Shown here piece after piece: positions 34,025 through 41,847 of a DNA stretch of 41,942 bases. The notes beneath the pieces were generated by a model, which was given only the letters and a program-made list of their open reading frames with translations, did no database searches and was not told the DNA's origin. Each line of letters opens with the position of its first letter. The first letter of the stretch is position 1. Source of the stretch: a virus (lineage: Duplodnaviria > Caudoviricetes). A program made the position numbers and the translations under genes. The stretch lies in IMG/VR virus record IMGVR_UViG_3300043493_000033, positions 1 to 41,942 of that record. One strand, given 5' to 3'.

Positions 34025-34522
34025 CTAGCTCCCCTCATGTAATCGCTCATGGCATCCGGCGCAGAGCCCGACCAATTGAAACAGAAATTCGTTTTTCCAG
34101 TGCGTATAGGTCAGATGATGCACCTGCACGGCGCTCTGCAGGCCGCAGCCTTCACAGACATAGTGGCAGCGGTCCAACACCGCCTTGCGCTTTAGGCGCC
34201 ATTGCGGAGTCTGAAGGTAGAGGTCGTGCTCGCGCAGCCATTCCTGCCGCTTGGATTTGCGCAGGCTCTCGACGCGCGCCGCCTCCCGCTCCCATTCGCT
34301 GTCCTGGCGCTTCTGGTATTCGGCGGCGGTGATTACCGGGGCGTCGGCCGGCAGGCGATTGTGCGGTAGCGAGCCGGCGAGGAATTTGCCGCACTCGATA
34401 CACTGGCGGCGATGCTGCCAGAGTCCGTTTGCGGTTATGTATTTTACCGACTGCAATTCCGCATGCGGACACTCAGGCGGCGCAATCGGATCATTGGCGG
34501 CGACGCTCATTATGCCGCACAT
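34025..34522 (-). CDS. HNH endonuclease-like protein
   Basis: YLQTPQWRLKR..VL.R..YVCEGC...VQVHHLTY...LVGLCAGCH. Confidence 0.8.
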   Translation of the reverse strand: MCGIMSVAANDPIAPPECPHAELQSVKYITANGLWQHRRQCIECGKFLAGSLPHNRLPADAPVITAAEYQKRQDSEWEREAARVESLRKSKRQEWLREHDLYLQTPQWRLKRKAVLDRCHYVCEGCGLQSAVQVHHLTYTHWKNEFLFQLVGLCAGCHERLHEGS

Positions 34523-34633
34523 CCCTGCGTAGTATTACGCAATAGAACGCCAATGATTATTGACAAGCGCTGTAAAACTGCTTTTGTCACAAGCATTGAG
34601 GCCTTCTGTAAGGGTTACAGGCTTCAATAATCG

Positions 34634-34664
34634 TCAGGCCGGAGGAAGGAGCCCTCCGGCCTGA
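34634..34664. terminator. 12-bp perfect hairpin, possible terminator or processing site
   Basis: TCAGGCCGGAGG-AAGGAGC-CCTCCGGCCTGA, just after the VRR-NUC stop. No clear U-tract. Confidence 0.5.
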
Positions 34665-34676
34665 GACGCTTTAACG

Positions 34677-35087
34677 CTACGCCGCTACACTCACGTCACG
34701 CTCGCGCGTCCGTAGTGCTCCCCACTTGGTGAGCACTACCTCTGCCTCGCCGAGCGAGCGCACGACCGAATAGTTCAACCGCACCACAGCGCAGCGCGCC
34801 TGGAAGGCCTTCTGCGCCTCTGACTGTCTGCCGTCCGGCGCCTTCACCTCAAGGAAGTTCGTCCGTCCGTCCGGCGTGATGATGAGCAGATCCGGTGCCC
34901 CCGCCAACAGCCCGTGCTTGACGAAGCGCGCGCCTATCCTGGGCGAGGCGGGAATACCGTTCGGGATCGCGAGATAGATCGTGCGCCGGTCGGCGGCGAG
35001 GCGCAGGAGCTGGACGATCGCCTCCTGTATGGCGTCCTCGCGCGGGCCTTTGATCACATGGCCGAATAAGTCGCGAGGGCGCTTCAT
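34677..35087 (-). CDS. VRR-NUC domain nuclease
   Basis: E..IQ..I, AIPNG, G...GAPDL, FLEVKAPDGRQSEAQK.F. Confidence 0.85.
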   Translation of the reverse strand: MKRPRDLFGHVIKGPREDAIQEAIVQLLRLAADRRTIYLAIPNGIPASPRIGARFVKHGLLAGAPDLLIITPDGRTNFLEVKAPDGRQSEAQKAFQARCAVVRLNYSVVRSLGEAEVVLTKWGALRTRERDVSVAA

Positions 35088-35812
35088 GCCGCCGCCTCGA
35101 AGAGCGACGGCTGCACTTCCTTCGGGGCAGGCTCAATGAACAGGTCCGGCTGCGCGTAGGCGGCTTCGATGCGACGGCAGGCGATGTCGAAGTACTTCGG
35201 CTCAATCTCGATGCCGATGAATTTGCGGCCTAGCTTGACGCACGCGACGCCGGTCGTGCCGCTGCCCATGAAGGGGTCGATGACGGTATCGCTGCGAATA
35301 AACGTGACGATACGCTCCATTAGTCCTGAAGGAACCTGGCAAGGATGTTTCGTCTTTTCTCGGGAGACGTTCTTGACTTGCTGAAAATCTGCAGTCCAGT
35401 CGTAGGAAGTGACTAAAGAACTCACTCTTGGATCTGTAGGATTTTTGGCTGGCACTCGAACGCGAGACAAGTCTACATCAAGCCCCCAAAACGAGAATAT
35501 TCTCGCCTGTCTCGCGATATTCGAATTGTAAACCCAAATGAAGCATTCATTTGGAGCCCCGAACAGCGGGACGAAATATTCCATCGTTTCTTCTGGATAC
35601 TGCAATAAGCAACGGGGAAAGGGCTTCAATGCTGCCAGCATATTAACGTATGCAGACCCTCTTAAGTCTCGGTATTCTCCGCCATACCGAAACTGGATTC
35701 CATACGGCGGATCACTCACCACAGCATCGACGCGCCCAAGCGTCGGGAGCACCTCCCGGCAGTCGCCGAGCACCAGCATACAGTCGCCGATCTGCTCGAC
35801 GCGCCCGCTCAT
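35084..35812 (-). CDS. N6-adenine/N4-cytosine DNA methyltransferase (beta class), 242 aa
   Basis: GDCREVL, SDPPY, HPCQ.P, DPFMGSGTTG, FIGIE. Start at ATG 35812 overlapping the upstream stop. Confidence 0.92.
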   Translation of the reverse strand: MSGRVEQIGDCMLVLGDCREVLPTLGRVDAVVSDPPYGIQFRYGGEYRDLRGSAYVNMLAALKPFPRCLLQYPEETMEYFVPLFGAPNECFIWVYNSNIARQARIFSFWGLDVDLSRVRVPAKNPTDPRVSSLVTSYDWTADFQQVKNVSREKTKHPCQVPSGLMERIVTFIRSDTVIDPFMGSGTTGVACVKLGRKFIGIEIEPKYFDIACRRIEAAYAQPDLFIEPAPKEVQPSLFEAAA

Positions 35813-36015
35813 GCCGCCGCCTCGAACAGCCACACCAGCACCACCGACCGCACCATGATGTGCGAGCCGAACTCCACGCCTATCTCGGAGAGCAGCCGGC
35901 CCTGCCGCTGGCGCACCATGATCTTCGCCAGCAATGCCGCGCGGCGGTCCTTCTCGCGCAGTGGGCGAGGGCGAGGCCGCTCCGTTCCGGCGTAGGGGAC
36001 GAGGCGCATGGTCAT
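35809..36015 (-). CDS. Hypothetical protein
   Basis: ATGA-coupled on both sides. Confidence 0.55.
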   Translation of the reverse strand: MTMRLVPYAGTERPRPRPLREKDRRAALLAKIMVRQRQGRLLSEIGVEFGSHIMVRSVVLVWLFEAAA

Positions 36016-36539
36016 TGCTCAATGCCTGCGCGGCTGGTGAAGAGCTTGCCCGCTAGCGCCTGCTCGGCCTGGCGGTCGAAGTCGCGCTGGCTGCCGTGCG
36101 ACAGAGAGAGCCGCGCATGCTCGGAGCAGTAGCTCGACTGCGACGCCTGGGGCGCACCACAGAAGCGGTAGGGAGCCCGATGCCCCTCAGGCCAGCGGCA
36201 GTGCCCATGTCGCAGCTCCAGCAAGTCGAAGCTGCCGATCGGCGGCACGGGCGGAGGAGGGGGAGCCTGGTATGGCTCCGGCGGCGGCAGTGGCTGCTTG
36301 TTCGGGCGCTTGCTCACCTGCTCAGTGGTTTTGAGCAGGTTTCGAGCAACCCGCCGCACAATCGGCATCCGCGGCCGGTCCTGGCGCAGCAGGCCGAGCC
36401 TGCGAAGCTTGCCCATGCAGGCACTACGCGAGACACCCATCTGGCGGCCGATCTCGCCGCCCGTCACGCCGCCGAGCCACAGCTCTGTGAGCAGCGCAAT
36501 CCGCGCGTCCGTCCAGTCGTGAATGCGGCAGTTTCCCAC
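36012..36539 (-). CDS. gcrA: GcrA-family cell-cycle regulator homologue
   Basis: WTDARIALL..LW..G....IG..MGVSRSA..GKL.RLGL; LLEL....CRWP.G..FCG.P....YC.EH. Confidence 0.9.
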   Translation of the reverse strand: MGNCRIHDWTDARIALLTELWLGGVTGGEIGRQMGVSRSACMGKLRRLGLLRQDRPRMPIVRRVARNLLKTTEQVSKRPNKQPLPPPEPYQAPPPPPVPPIGSFDLLELRHGHCRWPEGHRAPYRFCGAPQASQSSYCSEHARLSLSHGSQRDFDRQAEQALAGKLFTSRAGIEQ

Positions 36540-36540
36540 T

Positions 36541-36789
36541 TCACCGCTCTCCCCTCACTGGCCCGCCATGCAGGATTGCCGGCATGCGGGTCACATCCAT
36601 CGGCGCCTCATAGGACTGCGCTTGGACGAGGGTGGCGCGCACCGCTGGAGCTGCTTCTAGCCGGTCCGCCAGCTCACGCGCACGCGACGTGAAGTCCTGC
36701 AGCTCGCTGGCCAATTCCTGCAGCGACAGGATCGTGTCGCGGTGCGCCTGCAGGGCGTTGGCGATGCGGTCGATGAGGGCTTCACTCAT
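36541..36789 (-). CDS. Hypothetical coiled-coil protein
   Basis: Start moved to MSEALIDR (ATGA overlap). Confidence 0.6.
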   Translation of the reverse strand: MSEALIDRIANALQAHRDTILSLQELASELQDFTSRARELADRLEAAPAVRATLVQAQSYEAPMDVTRMPAILHGGPVRGER

Positions 36790-36995
36790 CCGGGCTTCCT
36801 GGCGCGCGTGTTTTCGTCCTGCGCCGGCAGGCGCGGCCCGCCATCGGCACGCCGGTAAGGGATCTTCACGCGCCGCCCTGGCGTGACTTCCACCCTGTCG
36901 TTCTCGGCGGCCAGCCATGCGTTGATGTTCAGCGGATCGTGGCAGCCGCGTCTTGCCGCCAGTTCCACCAGTTGCTCCTTGATGGACTTGCTCAT
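36786..36995 (-). CDS. Hypothetical protein
   Basis: ATGA-coupled in the rightward early operon. Confidence 0.55.
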   Translation of the reverse strand: MSKSIKEQLVELAARRGCHDPLNINAWLAAENDRVEVTPGRRVKIPYRRADGGPRLPAQDENTRARKPG

Positions 36996-37243
36996 GCCCG
37001 CTCCACGTCATAGCGCCGCATGAGATCCTCGATCCGCGCCTGCCGCGCCTCGTAGCGGCGCCGCACCGCCTCGCTCTCCGCCTTCAGGCGCCACGCCTCG
37101 GCGATGTTCCAATGTGCCTGATGGAGCGTCTCCTCCTGCTGCTGGAGAGCGGCCGGGTGAAGCTCGCACTCCACCCGGCCTGAAGCCCAGGAGCGAGGAC
37201 CGCGACCCAGGCTTTTACGGAAGGGGTGGATGGTGGCGGTCAC
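36992..37243 (-). CDS. Hypothetical protein
   Basis: GTGA-coupled to the cro-like gene; GGAGGG RBS. Confidence 0.55.
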   Translation of the reverse strand: MTATIHPFRKSLGRGPRSWASGRVECELHPAALQQQEETLHQAHWNIAEAWRLKAESEAVRRRYEARQARIEDLMRRYDVERA

Positions 37244-37467
37244 TCGGCCGCTCCCTCCGCCATGCTGCGCCGAAACGATCGGCGGAGTGCGCGCCGCGAG
37301 GCTATGAACTTCCGCGCCTTCTCGGCCGTGCGCAGCGTGACCGTATTGCCCGCCTCAAGCCGGCCGACCATTTCGGAATTCCCGACCGCCGCCTTGCCGA
37401 AATAGGTTGGCGACATGCGGCTTTCGGCCAGGAATGTGCGGATCTCGCGAAGCAGGGCGTCTTCCAT
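37240..37467 (-). CDS. Cro-like regulator
   Basis: LLREIRTFL....MSPTYFGKAAVGNS..V.RL..G..VTLRTAEK; divergent from the repressor. Confidence 0.75.
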   Translation of the reverse strand: MEDALLREIRTFLAESRMSPTYFGKAAVGNSEMVGRLEAGNTVTLRTAEKARKFIASRRALRRSFRRSMAEGAAE

Positions 37468-37556
37468 AGCATACACTATCTACGCGCTTGAGGACACGTC
37501 AAGTGTAAGCTATCGTGGCCGAGACATTTTTGGCGAAAGGGTGCTAAGCGCCTGCC
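37468..37556. promoter_or_regulatory. Divergent PR/PRM-like switch
   Basis: Minus strand TTGACG-18-TAGTGT before cro; plus strand TGcTAAGCG 6 nt before the repressor ATG. GCTTACAC and GTGTCCTC motifs are shared with the 38085-38131 promoter. Confidence 0.65.
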
Positions 37557-37871
37557 ATGTCAGAGGAAGAGTGGCGTAAGCGGCTGCAGGAGGCCGTGGA
37601 TAAAAGCGGCAAAAGCATGCGCGCCATATCTCTGACCGCCGGCTGCAGCGCGTCCTACCTTCACGGCATTCTGAAAGAGGATAAGGAGCCGACGCTCCCC
37701 AGGCTGGTGAGAATCTGCTCCGAGATCGGCGTCAGCGTGACTTACATTATTCTCGGGATCGAGATGTCCCCGACGCACGAAGCCCTGCTCCTGCTGATGT
37801 CTGATCTGCCTGACGTACAGCAGCAGCTTCTTCTAGAGATTGCGCGATCCCTCGCACGCGATAAGGGCTGA
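37557..37871 (+). CDS. CI-like XRE-family repressor (no peptidase domain)
   Basis: SMRAISLTAGCSASYLHGIL..KEPT..RL..I...GVSV.YI HTH. Confidence 0.85.
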   Translation: MSEEEWRKRLQEAVDKSGKSMRAISLTAGCSASYLHGILKEDKEPTLPRLVRICSEIGVSVTYIILGIEMSPTHEALLLLMSDLPDVQQQLLLEIARSLARDKG

Positions 37872-38084
37872 AGCGAGCCAGGCCCTCGGCCAGCAGATCG
37901 TCTTCCTGAGTAGCGGATAGCCCAGCGGTCGCGGCTTTCAGTGCAGCCGCATCTCGCGTGAACGCTGCTATGGCGTTCGTGCGTGGAAGTTTGACCAACT
38001 TCTCTCTCCCCAGACTTCAAAGAAAACACAGTCCGAACCCTGAAACAAGGGTTCCCGTTCCGTTTTCATATGCTATCTTTTTTC

Positions 38085-38131
38085 GCTTACACCGCTTGAC
38101 AGATGTCCTCTATGGAGGATAACGTGTCCTC
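38085..38131 (+). promoter_or_regulatory. PL-like promoter/operator
   Basis: TTGACA (38096)-18-TAACGT (38120); GCTTACAC, TGTCCTC twice and an imperfect palindrome TGTCCTC-TATG-GAGGATA. Confidence 0.65.
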
Positions 38132-38156
38132 CATCAAATACGCGATGGAGCGAGCC

Positions 38157-38468
38157 GTGCTGCACAGAACGAACGATAGCTACCGGGCAACCAACCCGGC
38201 CGATGAGTTCCTCGGCCCGGAGCCGGAGGACGAGGACGAGCTGCCGCCGGAGCCCACCGTCGAGGAAGTGTGGATCGGCTGGCCCGTCAATTACTGCCAC
38301 CGCGTCCGCTTCGCCTCCGGCAGCGTCTACTCCGTGGTGCGGTCCACGTCCGGCGCGTTCATTGGCGATTACGAGATCCACGGCCCCGGCGGGTATTTCA
38401 ATGACGGATTTGAGAGCGACGACAAAGCCATCGATTGGCTTTTCGATATCGAACGCCGGGACTGGTGA
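38157..38468 (+). CDS. Hypothetical acidic early protein
   Basis: First ORF after PL. Start uncertain; GTG after GGAG chosen. Confidence 0.55.
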   Translation: MLHRTNDSYRATNPADEFLGPEPEDEDELPPEPTVEEVWIGWPVNYCHRVRFASGSVYSVVRSTSGAFIGDYEIHGPGGYFNDGFESDDKAIDWLFDIERRDW

Positions 38469-38755
38469 TGCCGCGCGGGAACGCTCATTCCGGTTCGAGC
38501 TTTCAAGGCCGCATTACCGATGCGGAAGCTTTTGAGCTTTGTCATCCCGATGTACGGCACGCCCTCCGCACCTGCGCCTTCGATTGGTCTGCAGGCTGGG
38601 CGCTCTCTTATCAGCGCAAGCATGGCTCCGCCGCCACCGTCAAACGCCTGCGCGAGGCCGACATGAACACTATCCGCAAGGGATGGTCGAAGGGCGTCAA
38701 GTCGCCCTGCATCTCCTATCGCCTCAAGCCGCTCTATCCGGAGTGCGCACCATGA
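38468..38755 (+). CDS. Hypothetical early protein
   Basis: TGATG coupling; MPRGNAHS start. Confidence 0.6.
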   Translation: MPRGNAHSGSSFQGRITDAEAFELCHPDVRHALRTCAFDWSAGWALSYQRKHGSAATVKRLREADMNTIRKGWSKGVKSPCISYRLKPLYPECAP

Positions 38756-38868
38756 ATCCCCTCATCGACGACATCCTGTCGCTCCTCGCGCTCGCGGCTT
38801 TCAACGCCGCGGTCGCCCTCCTCCTCTACGGCCTCGCGCCGGACATCGCGGCACTGGTGAGCCAATGA
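38752..38868 (+). CDS. Small single-TM protein, 38 aa
   Basis: GGAG RBS, ATGA coupling, hydrophobic stretch. Confidence 0.55.
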   Translation: MNPLIDDILSLLALAAFNAAVALLLYGLAPDIAALVSQ

Positions 38869-39098
38869 TGAGCGATATCTCATTCGCTTACAGCGTCGGC
38901 GACATCATCGAATGCCGCACCGACAACGGCACATGGCGGGAAGCGTGCGTAATGCGCCTCCAGCCCTACCGGGGAAAGCCTGGTTACGACATCGCTTGGC
39001 ATCCGACACCGAAGCCTGCTCACGAATGGTCCGCCCGCCCCTCTGCCGGTGGCTGGATGTACGAAGCCTGCATGCGGCCCATGAAGAGAGAGCCATGA
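38865..39098 (+). CDS. Hypothetical SH3/Tudor-like small protein
   Basis: FAYSVGDIIEC....W..A.V pattern; coupled on both sides. Confidence 0.55.
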   Translation: MMSDISFAYSVGDIIECRTDNGTWREACVMRLQPYRGKPGYDIAWHPTPKPAHEWSARPSAGGWMYEACMRPMKREP

Positions 39099-39505
39099 GC
39101 ACCCGCGACGAAGTGCTCGCCCTTCACCGCGCCGCCCGCGCTGAACTGCGCGAAGGCGCAGCAGCCATCAACAGAGTGAACCAACAGACAATGAGCTACC
39201 TTCGCACCCGCGACGACGACGACCCCTACTACATGAGCCCGGAAGAGGAAAAGCAGATGGAGGCAGACGCCGAGGTCGAGCGACTGCATACGGAAGTCGC
39301 CCGGCAGGAGAGCGTCATCGCCGACCTGGACGAGGCGCTGACGAAGATCGCAGAAATCGCCGGCGACTACGGCGACGGCGCTCCGGACAGCCACTACCTC
39401 GCAGTTCTCATGCTGCAGTTGGAAAGCATCGCCACAAGCGCCCTCGATGAGGCGCGCGGCACCCACAGGAAGGCTCTGGAAGCCATGCAGAAGAGGCAGC
39501 CATGA
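39095..39505 (+). CDS. Hypothetical coiled-coil protein
   Basis: Start moved to MSTRDEV (ATGA overlap). Confidence 0.6.
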   Translation: MSTRDEVLALHRAARAELREGAAAINRVNQQTMSYLRTRDDDDPYYMSPEEEKQMEADAEVERLHTEVARQESVIADLDEALTKIAEIAGDYGDGAPDSHYLAVLMLQLESIATSALDEARGTHRKALEAMQKRQP

Positions 39506-40383
39506 GTGAGACACTGGGACGCGAGCCGGTCAACGAGTTGATGGCGGCGCTTGCCAAGGCGCAGGGCGAAATGTCCAACGCTCCGTTTGATGCCACCAAC
39601 CCTCATTTCAAGAGCAAATACGCGACACTCGCGAGCATCCGTGACGCCACTGTCCCGCACCTCGCCAAATACGGACTTTCGATCCATCAGGTGACGAAGC
39701 TCAATGGCGACGGCATGGTGCTGGCTACTCGTCTCGCGCATTCGAGCGGCCAATGGATCGAGAGCGTCTATCCGCTCCCGAACTCCAGCAAGCCGCATGA
39801 GATGGGATCAGCGATCACGTATGCGCGCCGCTACTCATGGGCAGCGATAACTGGCATCGCCGCCGAAGAGGACGAGGACGGCAACGCTGCCCAAGAAGGC
39901 GCTCGTAATGGCGCGAAGTCTCTGCCCGCCCTACCGGCGCGCAAGTCCTCCGCCGCCGCCAAGCGGGATGGGGATTGGGAAAAGTTCAAGGCAGCGCTCG
40001 CGGACTGCCAAAGCGCGCGGGAGGTCGAGCGCCTCCGCACTGAATACCAGGCGCAGCAATATCACGCTTGGAACGCCGATTGGCGCGACGTTGCCGAGGA
40101 GACGTTTGAGAAGCGCCTCGCCGAGTTCTCAGGCGCGGACCTGAAGCAGACGCTGCAGGACAGCCTCGAAGAACCAGATGAATTGGATAACGCCGACCGC
40201 GCCCTGCTGCGTGATCAGATGATCGAGCACATCCAGCAGACGGGCACCGAGAGCGAGCTGCTGGTATGGCGGGAGTCGCCCGCCTTCCGCCGCGATTTGG
40301 ATGCTCTCCCTCGGCCGATGCAGCTCGCAGTGCGCAAGGCCGGCGCAATGAAGCTGGAGACGCTGCAGAAGGCAGTGCAATGA
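39502..40383 (+). CDS. erf: ERF-family ssDNA annealing recombinase
   Basis: ALAKAQ, NPHFKSKYA.L, H.SGQWI, GSAITYARRY, GIAAEEDEDGN. Confidence 0.9.
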   Translation: MSETLGREPVNELMAALAKAQGEMSNAPFDATNPHFKSKYATLASIRDATVPHLAKYGLSIHQVTKLNGDGMVLATRLAHSSGQWIESVYPLPNSSKPHEMGSAITYARRYSWAAITGIAAEEDEDGNAAQEGARNGAKSLPALPARKSSAAAKRDGDWEKFKAALADCQSAREVERLRTEYQAQQYHAWNADWRDVAEETFEKRLAEFSGADLKQTLQDSLEEPDELDNADRALLRDQMIEHIQQTGTESELLVWRESPAFRRDLDALPRPMQLAVRKAGAMKLETLQKAVQ

Positions 40384-40778
40384 GCCGCGCGCTTGTCGTG
40401 CTGTGGAACGCTGCCGATCGCGAGAAGGTGGCGCGGTGGGCCTCCAAGGCACCGCCAGGCACCCGGGTGGAGTTCAAGGCTACCAAGCGGTCCCTGCCCG
40501 CTAACGATCGTCTCTGGGCAATGCTGACGGAAGTCGCTGCGCAAGTGCCGTGGCACGGCGTGAAGCTCTCAGCCGCCGACTATAAGCTAATCTTCTTGGA
40601 CGCCTTGAAGAAGGAATTGCGGATTGTGCCGAACCTGGACGGCGATGGCTTCGTCAACCTCGGCCGCAGTTCGAGCGATCTCTCGAAGGAAGAGTTTTCC
40701 GACCTGCTCGCCCTCATCGAGGCTTGGGGCGCAAAACATCATGTTCAGTTCAATGACCCAAAGGAAGCCGCCGCATGA
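40380..40778 (+). CDS. ninB: NinB/Orf-family recombination protein
   Basis: KRSL.AN.RLWAML..VA.QVPWHG.KLS..D.K, LGRSSS.LSK.EFSDL...I.A.GA...V.F. Confidence 0.88.
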   Translation: MSRALVVLWNAADREKVARWASKAPPGTRVEFKATKRSLPANDRLWAMLTEVAAQVPWHGVKLSAADYKLIFLDALKKELRIVPNLDGDGFVNLGRSSSDLSKEEFSDLLALIEAWGAKHHVQFNDPKEAAA

Positions 40779-41335
40779 CCGAGGTGAGCCCGTGGCGGCC
40801 CATCGCGACAGCGCCGAAGGACGGCACGCGCATCCTGGTGCTCTGCGAATTTGCGAACGGGCGTGAGCCGACCGTTGTGCGCTGGGTCGATAGCCCAGCT
40901 CCGGCAGGACCGTTTGGGCGCTTTGCGTGGCGCGAGATGCAAGACAGCGCCATCGCCGAAAGTGTGCCAAAATTCTGGATGCCGATCCCGGATGCGCCGG
41001 AGCCGCCGCCCGCTGCGGGGACGAGGGTTCGAGAGGAGGACATAAAAATGCCCAGTGCGACCCACGAGGAACGCCTCGGCGATGCGCCAATCGATCCGAA
41101 GTTCCGCGAGCTGATGAACGATCTCGCGGCAGATCTCGACACTCTCTTCAACCCCGGCCTGAAGGACGAGCGGATGGTCGGCTTCGTGTTGCTGGCGTTC
41201 CCGCTCAAGGGCTGCGAGGGACTCGTCAACTACATCTCGAACACCAACCGCGCCGACGTCGTGACGATGCTGAAGGAGCAGTTGGAGCGCTTTTCTAAAC
41301 AAGACGTCGACCCGAACAAGAGCGGGAGCGACTGA
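40775..41335 (+). CDS. DUF551-like N-terminus fused to a second domain
   Basis: WRPIATAPKDGTRILV...WMPIP; internal GAGGAGG RBS with in-frame ATG 41048. Confidence 0.7.
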   Translation: MTEVSPWRPIATAPKDGTRILVLCEFANGREPTVVRWVDSPAPAGPFGRFAWREMQDSAIAESVPKFWMPIPDAPEPPPAAGTRVREEDIKMPSATHEERLGDAPIDPKFRELMNDLAADLDTLFNPGLKDERMVGFVLLAFPLKGCEGLVNYISNTNRADVVTMLKEQLERFSKQDVDPNKSGSD

Positions 41336-41371
41336 GATTGCGGCGAAGTGAAAGAGAGAAGGAAAGTGAAA

Positions 41372-41533
41372 ATGCGTAGAGTGTTTTTGAGTGCAGCGAT
41401 TGCCTGCCTGTTGGCGAGCAATGCGTGGGCCGGGGTCTCCTGTCAGCAGATCGGGCAATTTACCTACTGCTCCGACAGTCAGGGCAATCGCATCACATGC
41501 CAGCAACTCGGCAATCAGACTTACTGTAACTGA
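41372..41533 (+). CDS. Small secreted Cys-repeat protein, 53 aa
   Basis: Signal-peptide-like MRRVFLSAAIACLLASNAWA, then CQQIGQFTYC / CQQLGNQTYC. Confidence 0.7.
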   Translation: MRRVFLSAAIACLLASNAWAGVSCQQIGQFTYCSDSQGNRITCQQLGNQTYCN

Positions 41534-41535
41534 CA

Positions 41536-41847
41536 ATGGCCGCCGCTCCGAGCCGCTCAGTCTACACGCCAGCCGCTTTGGCGCGCGAGTGGATGTGCTC
41601 GGAGCGGCACATCCGCAACCTCGTCGCGGCAGGCCAGTTGCGCGCCTTCCGGCTTGGCGGCAAGCTGCTCCGCATACCGTCAGACGCCGTGGAGGAGTTC
41701 ATCGCATGCCGGAATACCGCATCGGACGGCTCAACGGACGGCTCTGCCTCACCTGGTGGCGCGACGGAAAGCGGCACCGTTACTCGCTTGGAACCACTAG
41801 CGCGAGCGAGGCTGACCGCATTGCGCCAGCGCTCTACGCCGAGCTGA
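41536..41847 (+). CDS. xis: Excisionase-like protein (copy 2, diverged)
   Basis: Homologue of 36..335. Confidence 0.8.
   Translation: MAAAPSRSVYTPAALAREWMCSERHIRNLVAAGQLRAFRLGGKLLRIPSDAVEEFIACRNTASDGSTDGSASPGGATESGTVTRLEPLARARLTALRQRSTPS

Noticed and set aside
37747-37998. 83-aa minus-strand ORF convergent with the repressor
   Set aside because: It has a plausible RBS but overlaps the repressor by 125 nt and shows no recognisable motif, so support is insufficient.
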